The notes beneath the pieces are model-generated. The model was not told the origin of the DNA. It made no database searches and saw only the letters and a program-made list of their open reading frames with translations. A program made the position numbers and the translations under genes. A DNA stretch of 64,000 bases from Longimicrobiales bacterium (GTDB taxonomy: Bacteria > Gemmatimonadota > Gemmatimonadetes > Longimicrobiales > Gaopeijiaceae), in the NCBI GenBank assembly GCA_965116905.1, contig OZ220732.1:1-64000 (forward strand). Direction: 5' to 3'. Of the stretch, positions 48,002 through 56,058 are shown piece by piece (position 1 is the stretch's first letter; every line of letters begins with the position of its first letter).

Positions 48002-49939
48002 ATGAAGACCCTCCGCGTCGGTGATCGCCTCGCCGTCCCCGCGGTCGTCGCCGTCCTCGCCCCGCTCGCGCTGGCGTCGTGCGGCGGCGACGGCGACCAG
48101 GTCACCCCCGATGCCCCCGCCGCCCTGGTGATCCACTCGGGAGACGGGCAGACCGCCGGTACGGGAACCGAGGCCGCGGAGCCGGTGCGAGTGCGGGTGA
48201 CGGCGCAATCCGGCAGCGGGCTGAGCGGCGTCCCGGTGGCGTTTCAGGTCACGGTCGGCGGGGGCTCGGTGCCGTCGTCCACCGCCGTGACCGACGCCAA
48301 CGGGATCGCGTCGCCGGGCCGCTGGACCATGGGCGCGCCCGGGCCCCAGGAGTTGCGCGCGAGCGTGCCCGGGCTGGATCCGGTCGTGTTCCGCGCCACC
48401 GCGCAGGGGATCCCGGCAGAGATCGCGATCGTCGCAGGGGCCGACCAGCAGGCACCCGTCGCGACCGCGGTCCCCGTGGTGCCCGAGGTGCTCGTCACCG
48501 ACGCCAGCGGCGTGCCGCTGTCCGGCATTTCGGTGGTGTTTGCAACCGGGATGGGCGCCTCGGTGGCCAATCCCGATGCGCTTACCAACGCCCAGGGCCG
48601 CGCCAGCCCCGGCGCATGGACGCTCGGTACCTCAACCGGGGTCTACCAGTTGTTCGCAAGCGTGGACGGCGACGGCATCACCGGAAACCCGATCCGCTTC
48701 GAAGCCGTGGCGGTGGCCGGGCCCGCCGCGCGCGTGGTGGCTGTCGAAGGCGACGGGCAGGAGTCGGAGACCACGCTGCCCGTGCGGATCGCGCCCCGGG
48801 TCCGGGTCGAGGACGCGCACGGCAATCCCACCGCGGGCGTCACCGTCAACTTCTCCGCGAGCGGCGACAGCGAAGTCATACCGACGGAAACGATGACCGA
48901 CTCGGCCGGGCATGCCGCAGTCGACAAATGGGTCCTCGGAACCACGGCCGGAGCGACGTACAGGCTCACCGCGAGCGTAGCCGACGTGGCCGGCGTGCCC
49001 GGCAACGTGGACCCTCTGGTCTTCACCGCGACCGCGACGCCAGCCGTATACGACATCGAAATCGTTCATGTGAGTGCTTCGCTTCTGACCGAGTCGCAGC
49101 GCCAGGCCTTCGAGAAGGCGGAGGAGTACTGGGAGCGTGCGATCACGGGGAACCTGGCCTGGAGCACGGTCCGCAAGCCGGCCCTCGAGCATTGCCTCGC
49201 AAGGAACGACATCACCGAGGAGATCCCTGGCGACCGCGTGGTGGACGACCTGCTGATCTACGTCCAGATCAAGGAAATCGACGGTCCGGCGGGCGTCTTC
49301 GGCGGAGCCGGTCCGTGTCAGATCCGCGTGGGCAACTCACTGCCCGTGGTCGGCGTGATGTTCTTCGACCTGGGCGACATGGAGGGCCTCGAGTCCAACG
49401 GCCACCTGGAGGGCACCATCCTCCATGAGATGGCGCACGTGATCGGGTTCGGGACCCTTTGGGACCACCTCGGCCTGCTGCAGGATCCGGCCGGACACGG
49501 GCGAAGCGCGGACACCCGTTTCGTCGGCGACTCGGCGGTCGCGGCCTTCGATCGGATCCGCGGTGACTATTACCCGGACAGCGACCTCGTGCCGGTGCAG
49601 AGCGTGGGCGGCGAGGGCGTGTGGAACGGCCACTGGAGCGAGTTCGTCTTCCGATCCGAACTCATGACCCCCTTCCCCGACCGCGGCCACAATCCACTGA
49701 GCGTGGTCAGCCTGGCGTCGTTTGTGGACGTGGGGTACGAGGGCGTCGACTACAGCACGGCGGACGAATTCGTGCTGCCGCCTCCGCTCTACCCCGTGGC
49801 GAAGGATGCACGGGCGGGCGCCCGGGAGAGCCCCCAGGAAGGCGCGATCGATCTCGGCGACCACATCCTGCGGATGCCGCTCATGGTCGTGGACCGGGAC
49901 GGCAATGTCGTCAGGGTGATTCCGGTGGAAGGGCGTTGA
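48002..49939 (+). CDS. Lipoprotein with 3 invasin-type (Big_1) Ig repeats and a leishmanolysin-like metallopeptidase
   Basis: Lipobox LASC; three G(D/A)xxQ...V.V....G.P..G..V.F...T(D/N)..G.A...W..G repeats; HEMAHVIGFG...GHWSE...ELMTP. Confidence 0.88.
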   Translation: MKTLRVGDRLAVPAVVAVLAPLALASCGGDGDQVTPDAPAALVIHSGDGQTAGTGTEAAEPVRVRVTAQSGSGLSGVPVAFQVTVGGGSVPSSTAVTDANGIASPGRWTMGAPGPQELRASVPGLDPVVFRATAQGIPAEIAIVAGADQQAPVATAVPVVPEVLVTDASGVPLSGISVVFATGMGASVANPDALTNAQGRASPGAWTLGTSTGVYQLFASVDGDGITGNPIRFEAVAVAGPAARVVAVEGDGQESETTLPVRIAPRVRVEDAHGNPTAGVTVNFSASGDSEVIPTETMTDSAGHAAVDKWVLGTTAGATYRLTASVADVAGVPGNVDPLVFTATATPAVYDIEIVHVSASLLTESQRQAFEKAEEYWERAITGNLAWSTVRKPALEHCLARNDITEEIPGDRVVDDLLIYVQIKEIDGPAGVFGGAGPCQIRVGNSLPVVGVMFFDLGDMEGLESNGHLEGTILHEMAHVIGFGTLWDHLGLLQDPAGHGRSADTRFVGDSAVAAFDRIRGDYYPDSDLVPVQSVGGEGVWNGHWSEFVFRSELMTPFPDRGHNPLSVVSLASFVDVGYEGVDYSTADEFVLPPPLYPVAKDARAGARESPQEGAIDLGDHILRMPLMVVDRDGNVVRVIPVEGR

Positions 49940-49971
49940 CGCGGACGGCTTGCGTGCGTGGACGGGCTCAG

Positions 49972-49986
49972 CCTGACGTTACGTCA
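49972..49986. promoter_or_regulatory. Second copy of the CCTGACGTTACGTCA palindrome
   Basis: Identical over 15 bp to 30547-30561. Confidence 0.5.
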
Positions 49987-50173
49987 TGGTCAAGGGGGGA
50001 GGGGATCAAGGCAAGGAATCGTCCAAGTTGAACTGGGACTGCACGATCTGCCATCCTTGCCGTTGGAGCGCGTCCCATCCCACCCGCGCGTAACAGCGGG
50101 AGAATCGTACCAGAATGGCGGGAATCCTGGAATCTCCCGTTGCGGTCCCGCCTCCCGTCGCACCTTCCCCGGC

Positions 50174-50941
50174 TCAGCTCTCGTCCCCTCCTTCGGCGAC
50201 GCTTGGCTTGAGCCGCTCGCTAATGATCCTCGCGGTCCTTCTGAGGTTCCAGATGGCTCCCAAGTCTTCGTCCGCGTCCCCTCCGATCTTCGCCAGAAAC
50301 GCTATCGCGACATCACGGTCAAATGACCTGGTCTCGCTCGTCGGATCTATCTTGGATTCGATGAAGAGCCCGGCTTCGACCAGCGATTCGAGACGTCCCA
50401 CGAACTGCGCGGTTCTCATCTCGTTGATGACTTCGTTCATCAGGTGGCTATTCCAGAAGCCCATTTCCACGACGTTCAGAGCGGCGTGCACAGAATCCAA
50501 CCCCGCCTTGAGATCTCCGTACCTAACCGGTCTTCCTCGCTGCCACCTGTCTCGGTGCGCGATATGATGGTTCCTCCGATCCCTGGCCGACTCTGCGTGC
50601 TTTTTCGCATCGGAAACATGTTTTTCCACCTCCTTCTGGAGGTGGGGATGCTTGCGAAGGAATCGCGGCAGGTGATGGACCGATACGCTACGCTTCCCCG
50701 TATCCGTTAGCCGGGTCAGCCTGAGAATCAGGTCGTTCGACAGCACCTCTTGAAGGTCGCCGACGAACGCGGCTCCGAGGGCGTTGAGCATGGCCACTCG
50801 CTTCTCATCCTTACCGAACATTTCCATCAGCTCTTGGTAGCGATCAAGAGCCATGGTCCATTCCTCGTGTATGGCATCGAGCATCTCACCGACCTCAGGT
50901 CCCAGCTTGTCGATGTATTTCTGTCTGGTCTTGTCCGACAT
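50174..50941 (-). CDS. HEPN-superfamily (AbiU2-like) putative ribonuclease
   Basis: All-helical; LILRLTRLTD...SV..L and RRNHHIAH (Rx4-6H) motifs; GGGAGAGG upstream of ATG 50941. Confidence 0.7.
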   Translation of the reverse strand: MSDKTRQKYIDKLGPEVGEMLDAIHEEWTMALDRYQELMEMFGKDEKRVAMLNALGAAFVGDLQEVLSNDLILRLTRLTDTGKRSVSVHHLPRFLRKHPHLQKEVEKHVSDAKKHAESARDRRNHHIAHRDRWQRGRPVRYGDLKAGLDSVHAALNVVEMGFWNSHLMNEVINEMRTAQFVGRLESLVEAGLFIESKIDPTSETRSFDRDVAIAFLAKIGGDADEDLGAIWNLRRTARIISERLKPSVAEGGDES

Positions 50942-51396
50942 GGCGGTTTTCCTCTCCCTCAGCGCACGGAGTCGGGGCCCTCGGGCTACGCTCGCCGCTG
51001 ACCCGGCGAAGCAGAGTGCATGGACCGCCTTGGTGGTTGTCATCCTGGCAGGCGGTGGCGATCAGGGTTCCAAGCTAAGCTAGCGAATCTGGGGTTGCCG
51101 TCGGACGGAGACTCCACCCCTGGGTCTCGACCAACCTCCGTCAGGCCAGGATGGGCCAGCCACGCGAAGAAGCCCGTCTGCCGATTGACTCGGTCGCCCG
51201 CTCCGTGACTGCACTCGCTGGTGCCAACCAGCGCCGCCTCGTGCCTGGTAGGTTATCTTGCGAGGGCTCCCCCGCGACGCGGGCGAAGCTCATCAAAGAC
51301 CACCTCGCGACCCACGAGCGGATCGTGGACACGCGCCCGGTGCGGTTCAGTGCCCCCGAAGTTGGATTGCCACAACCAGACCTGAGAAACCGACGG

Positions 51397-52119
51397 ATGG
51401 ACCAAATCAACGAATTCGTGGACGAACGGCAGAAGGCGTGGTGCATCCAGTGCGGCGCGGGGATCGGGGACGTGGACACCAACCGGGACCACGTGCCGTC
51501 CAAGGTTCTCCTGCGCGAGCCCTACCCGGAGAACCTTCCCGTCGTCGACACCTGCGTAGACTGCAACAACGGGTTTTCGGCGGACGAGGAATACCTGCAC
51601 CTGTTCCTGCACTGCGTACTCAGGGGCTCCACGGACCCGGAACAGCACTCGGACGCCAAGACCGCGCGGGCGTTACAGCGCCACAGGAAACTCCGCGCGA
51701 GGATCGAGCGATCAAAGACGGAGTACCGGACGATTGGCGGCGAGACGCGTTGTGTCTGGGAGCCCGAAGAGGAGAGAGTAGAGCGTATCGTGGTGAAGAA
51801 CGCGCGCGGTCACGTCTTCTACGAATACGGCGAACCGATGCTGAGCGAACCGCAACACGTCCGGACCCTGCCCCTAGTGGCGATGCCGACGGCGGCGCGC
51901 GAAGGATTCGAAAACGACCGGATGGCCGGAGAACTGGCAGGTTGGCCCGAAGTGGGCAGTCGGATGATGACGCGCGTGCTCACCGGGCAGGATATGCATG
52001 ACGGCTGGGTCATCGTACAGGACGGTGTCTATCGGTTCCGCCTACAGCAGCGCTCCGGGATCGTCGTCAGGTCCGTTCTCCTCGAATACCTCGGGACCGA
52101 GGTGTACTGGAGCGACTAA
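51397..52119 (+). CDS. HNH endonuclease-like protein with zinc-binding CxxC pairs
   Basis: CIQC...RDHVP...NLPVV..CVDCNN, followed by an unknown C-terminal domain. Confidence 0.75.
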   Translation: MDQINEFVDERQKAWCIQCGAGIGDVDTNRDHVPSKVLLREPYPENLPVVDTCVDCNNGFSADEEYLHLFLHCVLRGSTDPEQHSDAKTARALQRHRKLRARIERSKTEYRTIGGETRCVWEPEEERVERIVVKNARGHVFYEYGEPMLSEPQHVRTLPLVAMPTAAREGFENDRMAGELAGWPEVGSRMMTRVLTGQDMHDGWVIVQDGVYRFRLQQRSGIVVRSVLLEYLGTEVYWSD

Positions 52120-52516
52120 TGAGCAGAGCGACGGTACGCGCTGTCGGGCCGCTCCTCTGAGAGCATGCACTCAATAGGGTCCTTCGCGTCGCACGGTACC
52201 ACGGCCTCGCTTCTCCAATACCAGCAACGACTTCCCCGCCTCCCGGAGGCGTGCTACGGACATGACGGATCCCCGTGACGAGTACGCCCGAGATCAAGTA
52301 GTGGGTACGATCCTCCCCCGGTCCACACGAACCGCATCCGGGCCAGAATCGGCCAGCGACGCGAGAAGGTCGCCCGTCGAATCGACTCGTCGGTCGGCTC
52401 GCTGACGGCGCTCCCTCACGCTACCAACGCCGCATCGTGGCCGGTACGTTATCGTACAAGGGTTCCCGCGCGATGCGGATGACACCCGACCGGAGAGCGA
52501 CCCACGACGCCACGAC

Positions 52517-54655
52517 ATGACCGCGCCCAACCTGAACTGGATTGCCAACTACATCTGGGGCATCGCTGACGACGTGCTCCGCGATGTCTACGTGCGCGGC
52601 AAGTACCGCGACGTGATCCTGCCGATGACTGTGCTCCGGCGGCTGGACGCCGTGCTGGAGCCCACCAAGCAGGCCGTCCTCGACATGAAGGCCACGCTGG
52701 ATGCAGCCGGGGTCGCGAACCAGGACGCCGCGCTTCGGCACGCGGCAGGGCAGGCATTCCACAACACCTCGAAGTTCACGCTCAGAGACCTGCGGGCGCA
52801 GCCGAAGCAGCAACAACTCAAGGCCGATTTCGTGGACTATCTCGACGGATTCTCACCCAACGTGCGGGACATCCTCGACAACTTCGAGTTCCGAAACCAG
52901 ATCCAGAAGCTCTCCAGGGCCGACGTGCTGGGGGCGCTGATCGAGAAACTGACGTCGCCGGACATCAACCTAGGTCCCGATCCGGTAATGGATACCGACG
53001 GCAGGGTCCGGCATCCTGGCCTCGACAACCACGGCATGGGCACGGTCTTCGAGGAACTGATCCGGCGCTTCAACGAGGAGAACAACGAAGAGGCGGGCGA
53101 GCACTTCACGCCGCGCGACGCCGTGACTCTGATGGCGAAGCTGGTATTCCAGCCCCTTGCCAACCGGATCGAGTCCGGCACGTACCTGCTCTACGACGGG
53201 GCTTGCGGGACAGGCGGTATGCTGACCGTGGCCGAGGACGTGCTGCACGGGCTCGCAGAGGGACGGGGCAAGGAGGTGTCCACGCATCTGTACGGCCAGG
53301 AGATCAACGCAGAGACCTATGCGATCTGTAAGGCCGACTTGCTGCTGAAGGGCGACGGCGAGGCCGCCGACAACATCGTGGGCGGCCCGGAGCACTCGAC
53401 GCTCTCGAACGACGCGTTTCCGACGCGGGAGTTCGACTTCATGCTCTCGAACCCGCCGTACGGGAAGAGTTGGAAGACCGACCTTGAGCACATGGGCGGC
53501 AAGAAGGGGATGCGGGATCACCGCTTCCTGATCGAGCACGCGGGCGACCCAGAGTATTCGCTGGTCACCCGCTCCAGCGACGGCCAGATGCTGTTCCTCG
53601 CCAACAAGCTGTCGAAGATGAAGCGGGACACGCCGCTCGGCAGCCGGATCGCTGAAGTCCACAACGGAAGCTCGCTGTTCACCGGGTCGGCGGGCCAGGG
53701 CGAGAGCAACATCCGGCGGTGGATCATCGAGAACGACTGGCTGGAGGCCATCGTCGCGCTGCCGCTTAACATGTTCTACAACACGGGGATTGCCACCTAC
53801 GTCTGGGTGCTCACGAACCGCAAGTCCGAGCACCGGCGGGGCAAGGTGCAGTTGATCGACGCGACGAAGTGGTTCCGTCCGCTCAGGAAGAACCTGGGGA
53901 AGAAGAGCTGCGAACTCGGACCGGAGGACATTGAGCGGATCTGCCGGACGTTCCTCGACTTCGAGGAGACGGAGGAGAGCCGCATTTTCGACAACGAGGT
54001 GTTCGGTTACTGGAAGGTGACCGTCGAGCGGCCACTCCGCCTGAAGGTGGATCTGTCGCCCGCGCGCTGCCTCGTGTTGTCCGAGACGTGCCGCCAAGCG
54101 GGAGAGGGGCCGCTCGCGAACTCCGTCGAGCGGGTGGCCGAGACACTCGGCCCAGGGCCTCACCTAGACTTCAACGTCTTTCTGAAGGCGCTCAAGGCCG
54201 ACATGTCTGGTCGTCGCGCGAAGCTGACGGCTAAGCGCAGGAAGCTGTTGCAGACTGTGCTGGCGGAGCGGGACGAGACGGCGGAGCCGGTAGTCAAGAG
54301 GGTTTACCGTCGCGGAACTGCGCCCGACCCAATCCGGGGACTGTTCGAGTCTGGGGAAGGCCCCAATCCTAGCGTCGTCGAGTACGAACCTGACAGGGTG
54401 CTCCGCGACACCGAGCAGGTTCCGTTCCTAGAAGAGGGCGGAATCGAGGGCTTCCTGCGACGGGAGGTGCTTCCCTATGCCGGGCCCGCGTGGTATGTCG
54501 CCAAGAGAGTGAAGACCGGCTACGAGATCAGCTTCAACCGGTACTTCCACAAGCCCGAGCCGATGCGGACGCTCGATGAGATCAGGGGCGACATTTTGGC
54601 GGTCGAGCGGGAGACCGAGGGACTGCTGCTTGAGATACTGGGACGGCCCAAATGA
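52517..54655 (+). CDS. hsdM: Type I RM N6-adenine methyltransferase subunit M
   Basis: IWGIADDVLR, AGEHFTPRD, YDGACGTGGML (motif I), LSNPPYG (motif IV), MFYNTGIATY, GYEISFNRYF. Confidence 0.96.
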   Translation: MTAPNLNWIANYIWGIADDVLRDVYVRGKYRDVILPMTVLRRLDAVLEPTKQAVLDMKATLDAAGVANQDAALRHAAGQAFHNTSKFTLRDLRAQPKQQQLKADFVDYLDGFSPNVRDILDNFEFRNQIQKLSRADVLGALIEKLTSPDINLGPDPVMDTDGRVRHPGLDNHGMGTVFEELIRRFNEENNEEAGEHFTPRDAVTLMAKLVFQPLANRIESGTYLLYDGACGTGGMLTVAEDVLHGLAEGRGKEVSTHLYGQEINAETYAICKADLLLKGDGEAADNIVGGPEHSTLSNDAFPTREFDFMLSNPPYGKSWKTDLEHMGGKKGMRDHRFLIEHAGDPEYSLVTRSSDGQMLFLANKLSKMKRDTPLGSRIAEVHNGSSLFTGSAGQGESNIRRWIIENDWLEAIVALPLNMFYNTGIATYVWVLTNRKSEHRRGKVQLIDATKWFRPLRKNLGKKSCELGPEDIERICRTFLDFEETEESRIFDNEVFGYWKVTVERPLRLKVDLSPARCLVLSETCRQAGEGPLANSVERVAETLGPGPHLDFNVFLKALKADMSGRRAKLTAKRRKLLQTVLAERDETAEPVVKRVYRRGTAPDPIRGLFESGEGPNPSVVEYEPDRVLRDTEQVPFLEEGGIEGFLRREVLPYAGPAWYVAKRVKTGYEISFNRYFHKPEPMRTLDEIRGDILAVERETEGLLLEILGRPK

Positions 54656-56058
54656 GTGTCAACGGCCTCGGGTCCTATCCGGCCTACCGGGACTCAGACG
54701 TGCGGTGGATGGGAATGCTCCCCGACCATTGGCGCCTAGTGCGGGCCAAGTGGCTGTTCACCAAGATGGATCGTGCCGTTAGGCCGAGTGACGAGGTCGT
54801 TACCTGCTTCCGCGATGGCACGGTGACGCTCCGAAAAAACCGACGAGAACTGGGGTTCACCGAATCCCTGAAAGAGATCGGCTACCAAGGGGTCCGCCGC
54901 GGTGATCTTGTCATTCATGCGATGGATGCCTTCGCCGGTGCTTGTGGTGTCTCCGATTCGGACGGGAAGAGTACGCCCGTGTATTCGGTCTGTACCCCTA
55001 AGGATGAGGGAGTGAGCTCCCGATACTACGCGTTTTGCGTTCGCGAGATGGCTCGGAGTCGGTGGATCATGGCTCTTTCGAGAGGCGTGCGGGAGCGATC
55101 GACCGACTTTCGGTTCGCGGCCTTTGGAAACCAACTGGTCCCAGCACCGTCGGGTCGAGAACAGCGCGCCATCGTCCTCTATCTAGGCTCCGCCGACCGC
55201 CGCATCCGACGCTACATCCGTGCGAAGGAGCGGCTGATCGAGCTATTGGAGGAGTGGAAGCGGGCGCTGATCCACGCGGTCGTCACGGGCCGGATCGATG
55301 TCCGAACCGGCCAACCCTATCCCGCCTACCAAGACTCCGGCGTCGAATGGCTGGGGAAGGTGCCAGAGCATTGGGAGAGACGTCGGTTGAAGACCCTCCT
55401 CCGCGTCGTCGACCGGCGGTCCAGTACTGGAGATGAGACGCTGCTGTCGTTGCGGCGAGACCACGGCGTGGTGGTCTACTCTGAGCACTTCACCCGGCCG
55501 CCACAAGGCAGAACCCTCGTAGGCTACAAGCAGCTTGCTGTAGGACAGCTCGTGGTTAATCGCCTACAGGCCAACAACGGACTTGTGTTCTGTTCGGGTG
55601 TCGACGGTCTCGTCAGCCCCGACTACTCCGTGTTCGATAAGACCGCACCGCTCCAGATGAAGTACTTGAGCGATCTGTTGAGGACATCGACCTATCGTTC
55701 GCACTTCCGGCGGGTTTCCAAGGGCTTGGGAACGGGGACCGCTGGTTTCCTCCGTCTGTATGATGACGTGTTCCTTTCAACGACCGTGTTTCTGCCGCCT
55801 GAACACGAACAGGTTTCCGTACTGGAGTACGTCAGGATCGAGGTCAGAAAGATCGAGGGATTGATAGCGGCGGCAGCAGGTGGTTTGGAGTTGCTTGACG
55901 AGTACCGCACCCGCCTCATCGCCGATGTCGTGACCGGCAAGCTCGACGTACGGGAGGCTGTGGTCCGTTTCCCGGGCGACAATTCCCCCGTCGAGTCAGA
56001 CGACCGGAAGCCCGCGTCGCCCCAAGCTGTGGCCCGAACGCAGGCGCTGTCACGATGA
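54652..56058 (+). CDS. hsdS: Type I RM specificity subunit S
   Basis: Two copies of YPAY.DS.V.W.G..P.HW plus two P...EQ helical spacers ending AVVTGRID/DVVTGKLD, flanking two TRDs; ATGA overlap with hsdM. Confidence 0.93.
   Translation: MSVNGLGSYPAYRDSDVRWMGMLPDHWRLVRAKWLFTKMDRAVRPSDEVVTCFRDGTVTLRKNRRELGFTESLKEIGYQGVRRGDLVIHAMDAFAGACGVSDSDGKSTPVYSVCTPKDEGVSSRYYAFCVREMARSRWIMALSRGVRERSTDFRFAAFGNQLVPAPSGREQRAIVLYLGSADRRIRRYIRAKERLIELLEEWKRALIHAVVTGRIDVRTGQPYPAYQDSGVEWLGKVPEHWERRRLKTLLRVVDRRSSTGDETLLSLRRDHGVVVYSEHFTRPPQGRTLVGYKQLAVGQLVVNRLQANNGLVFCSGVDGLVSPDYSVFDKTAPLQMKYLSDLLRTSTYRSHFRRVSKGLGTGTAGFLRLYDDVFLSTTVFLPPEHEQVSVLEYVRIEVRKIEGLIAAAAGGLELLDEYRTRLIADVVTGKLDVREAVVRFPGDNSPVESDDRKPASPQAVARTQALSR

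Noticed and set aside
49940..50173. Possible att site or tRNA at the island boundary
   Set aside because: No tRNA cloverleaf, integrase or matching direct repeat at the other end within the window.
52120..52516. Possible controller (C) protein gene or ncRNA upstream of hsdM; short palindrome GTACG-TTAT-CGTAC at 52444-52457
   Set aside because: Small ORFs here lack HTH features and the 5-bp-arm palindrome is too weak to call.
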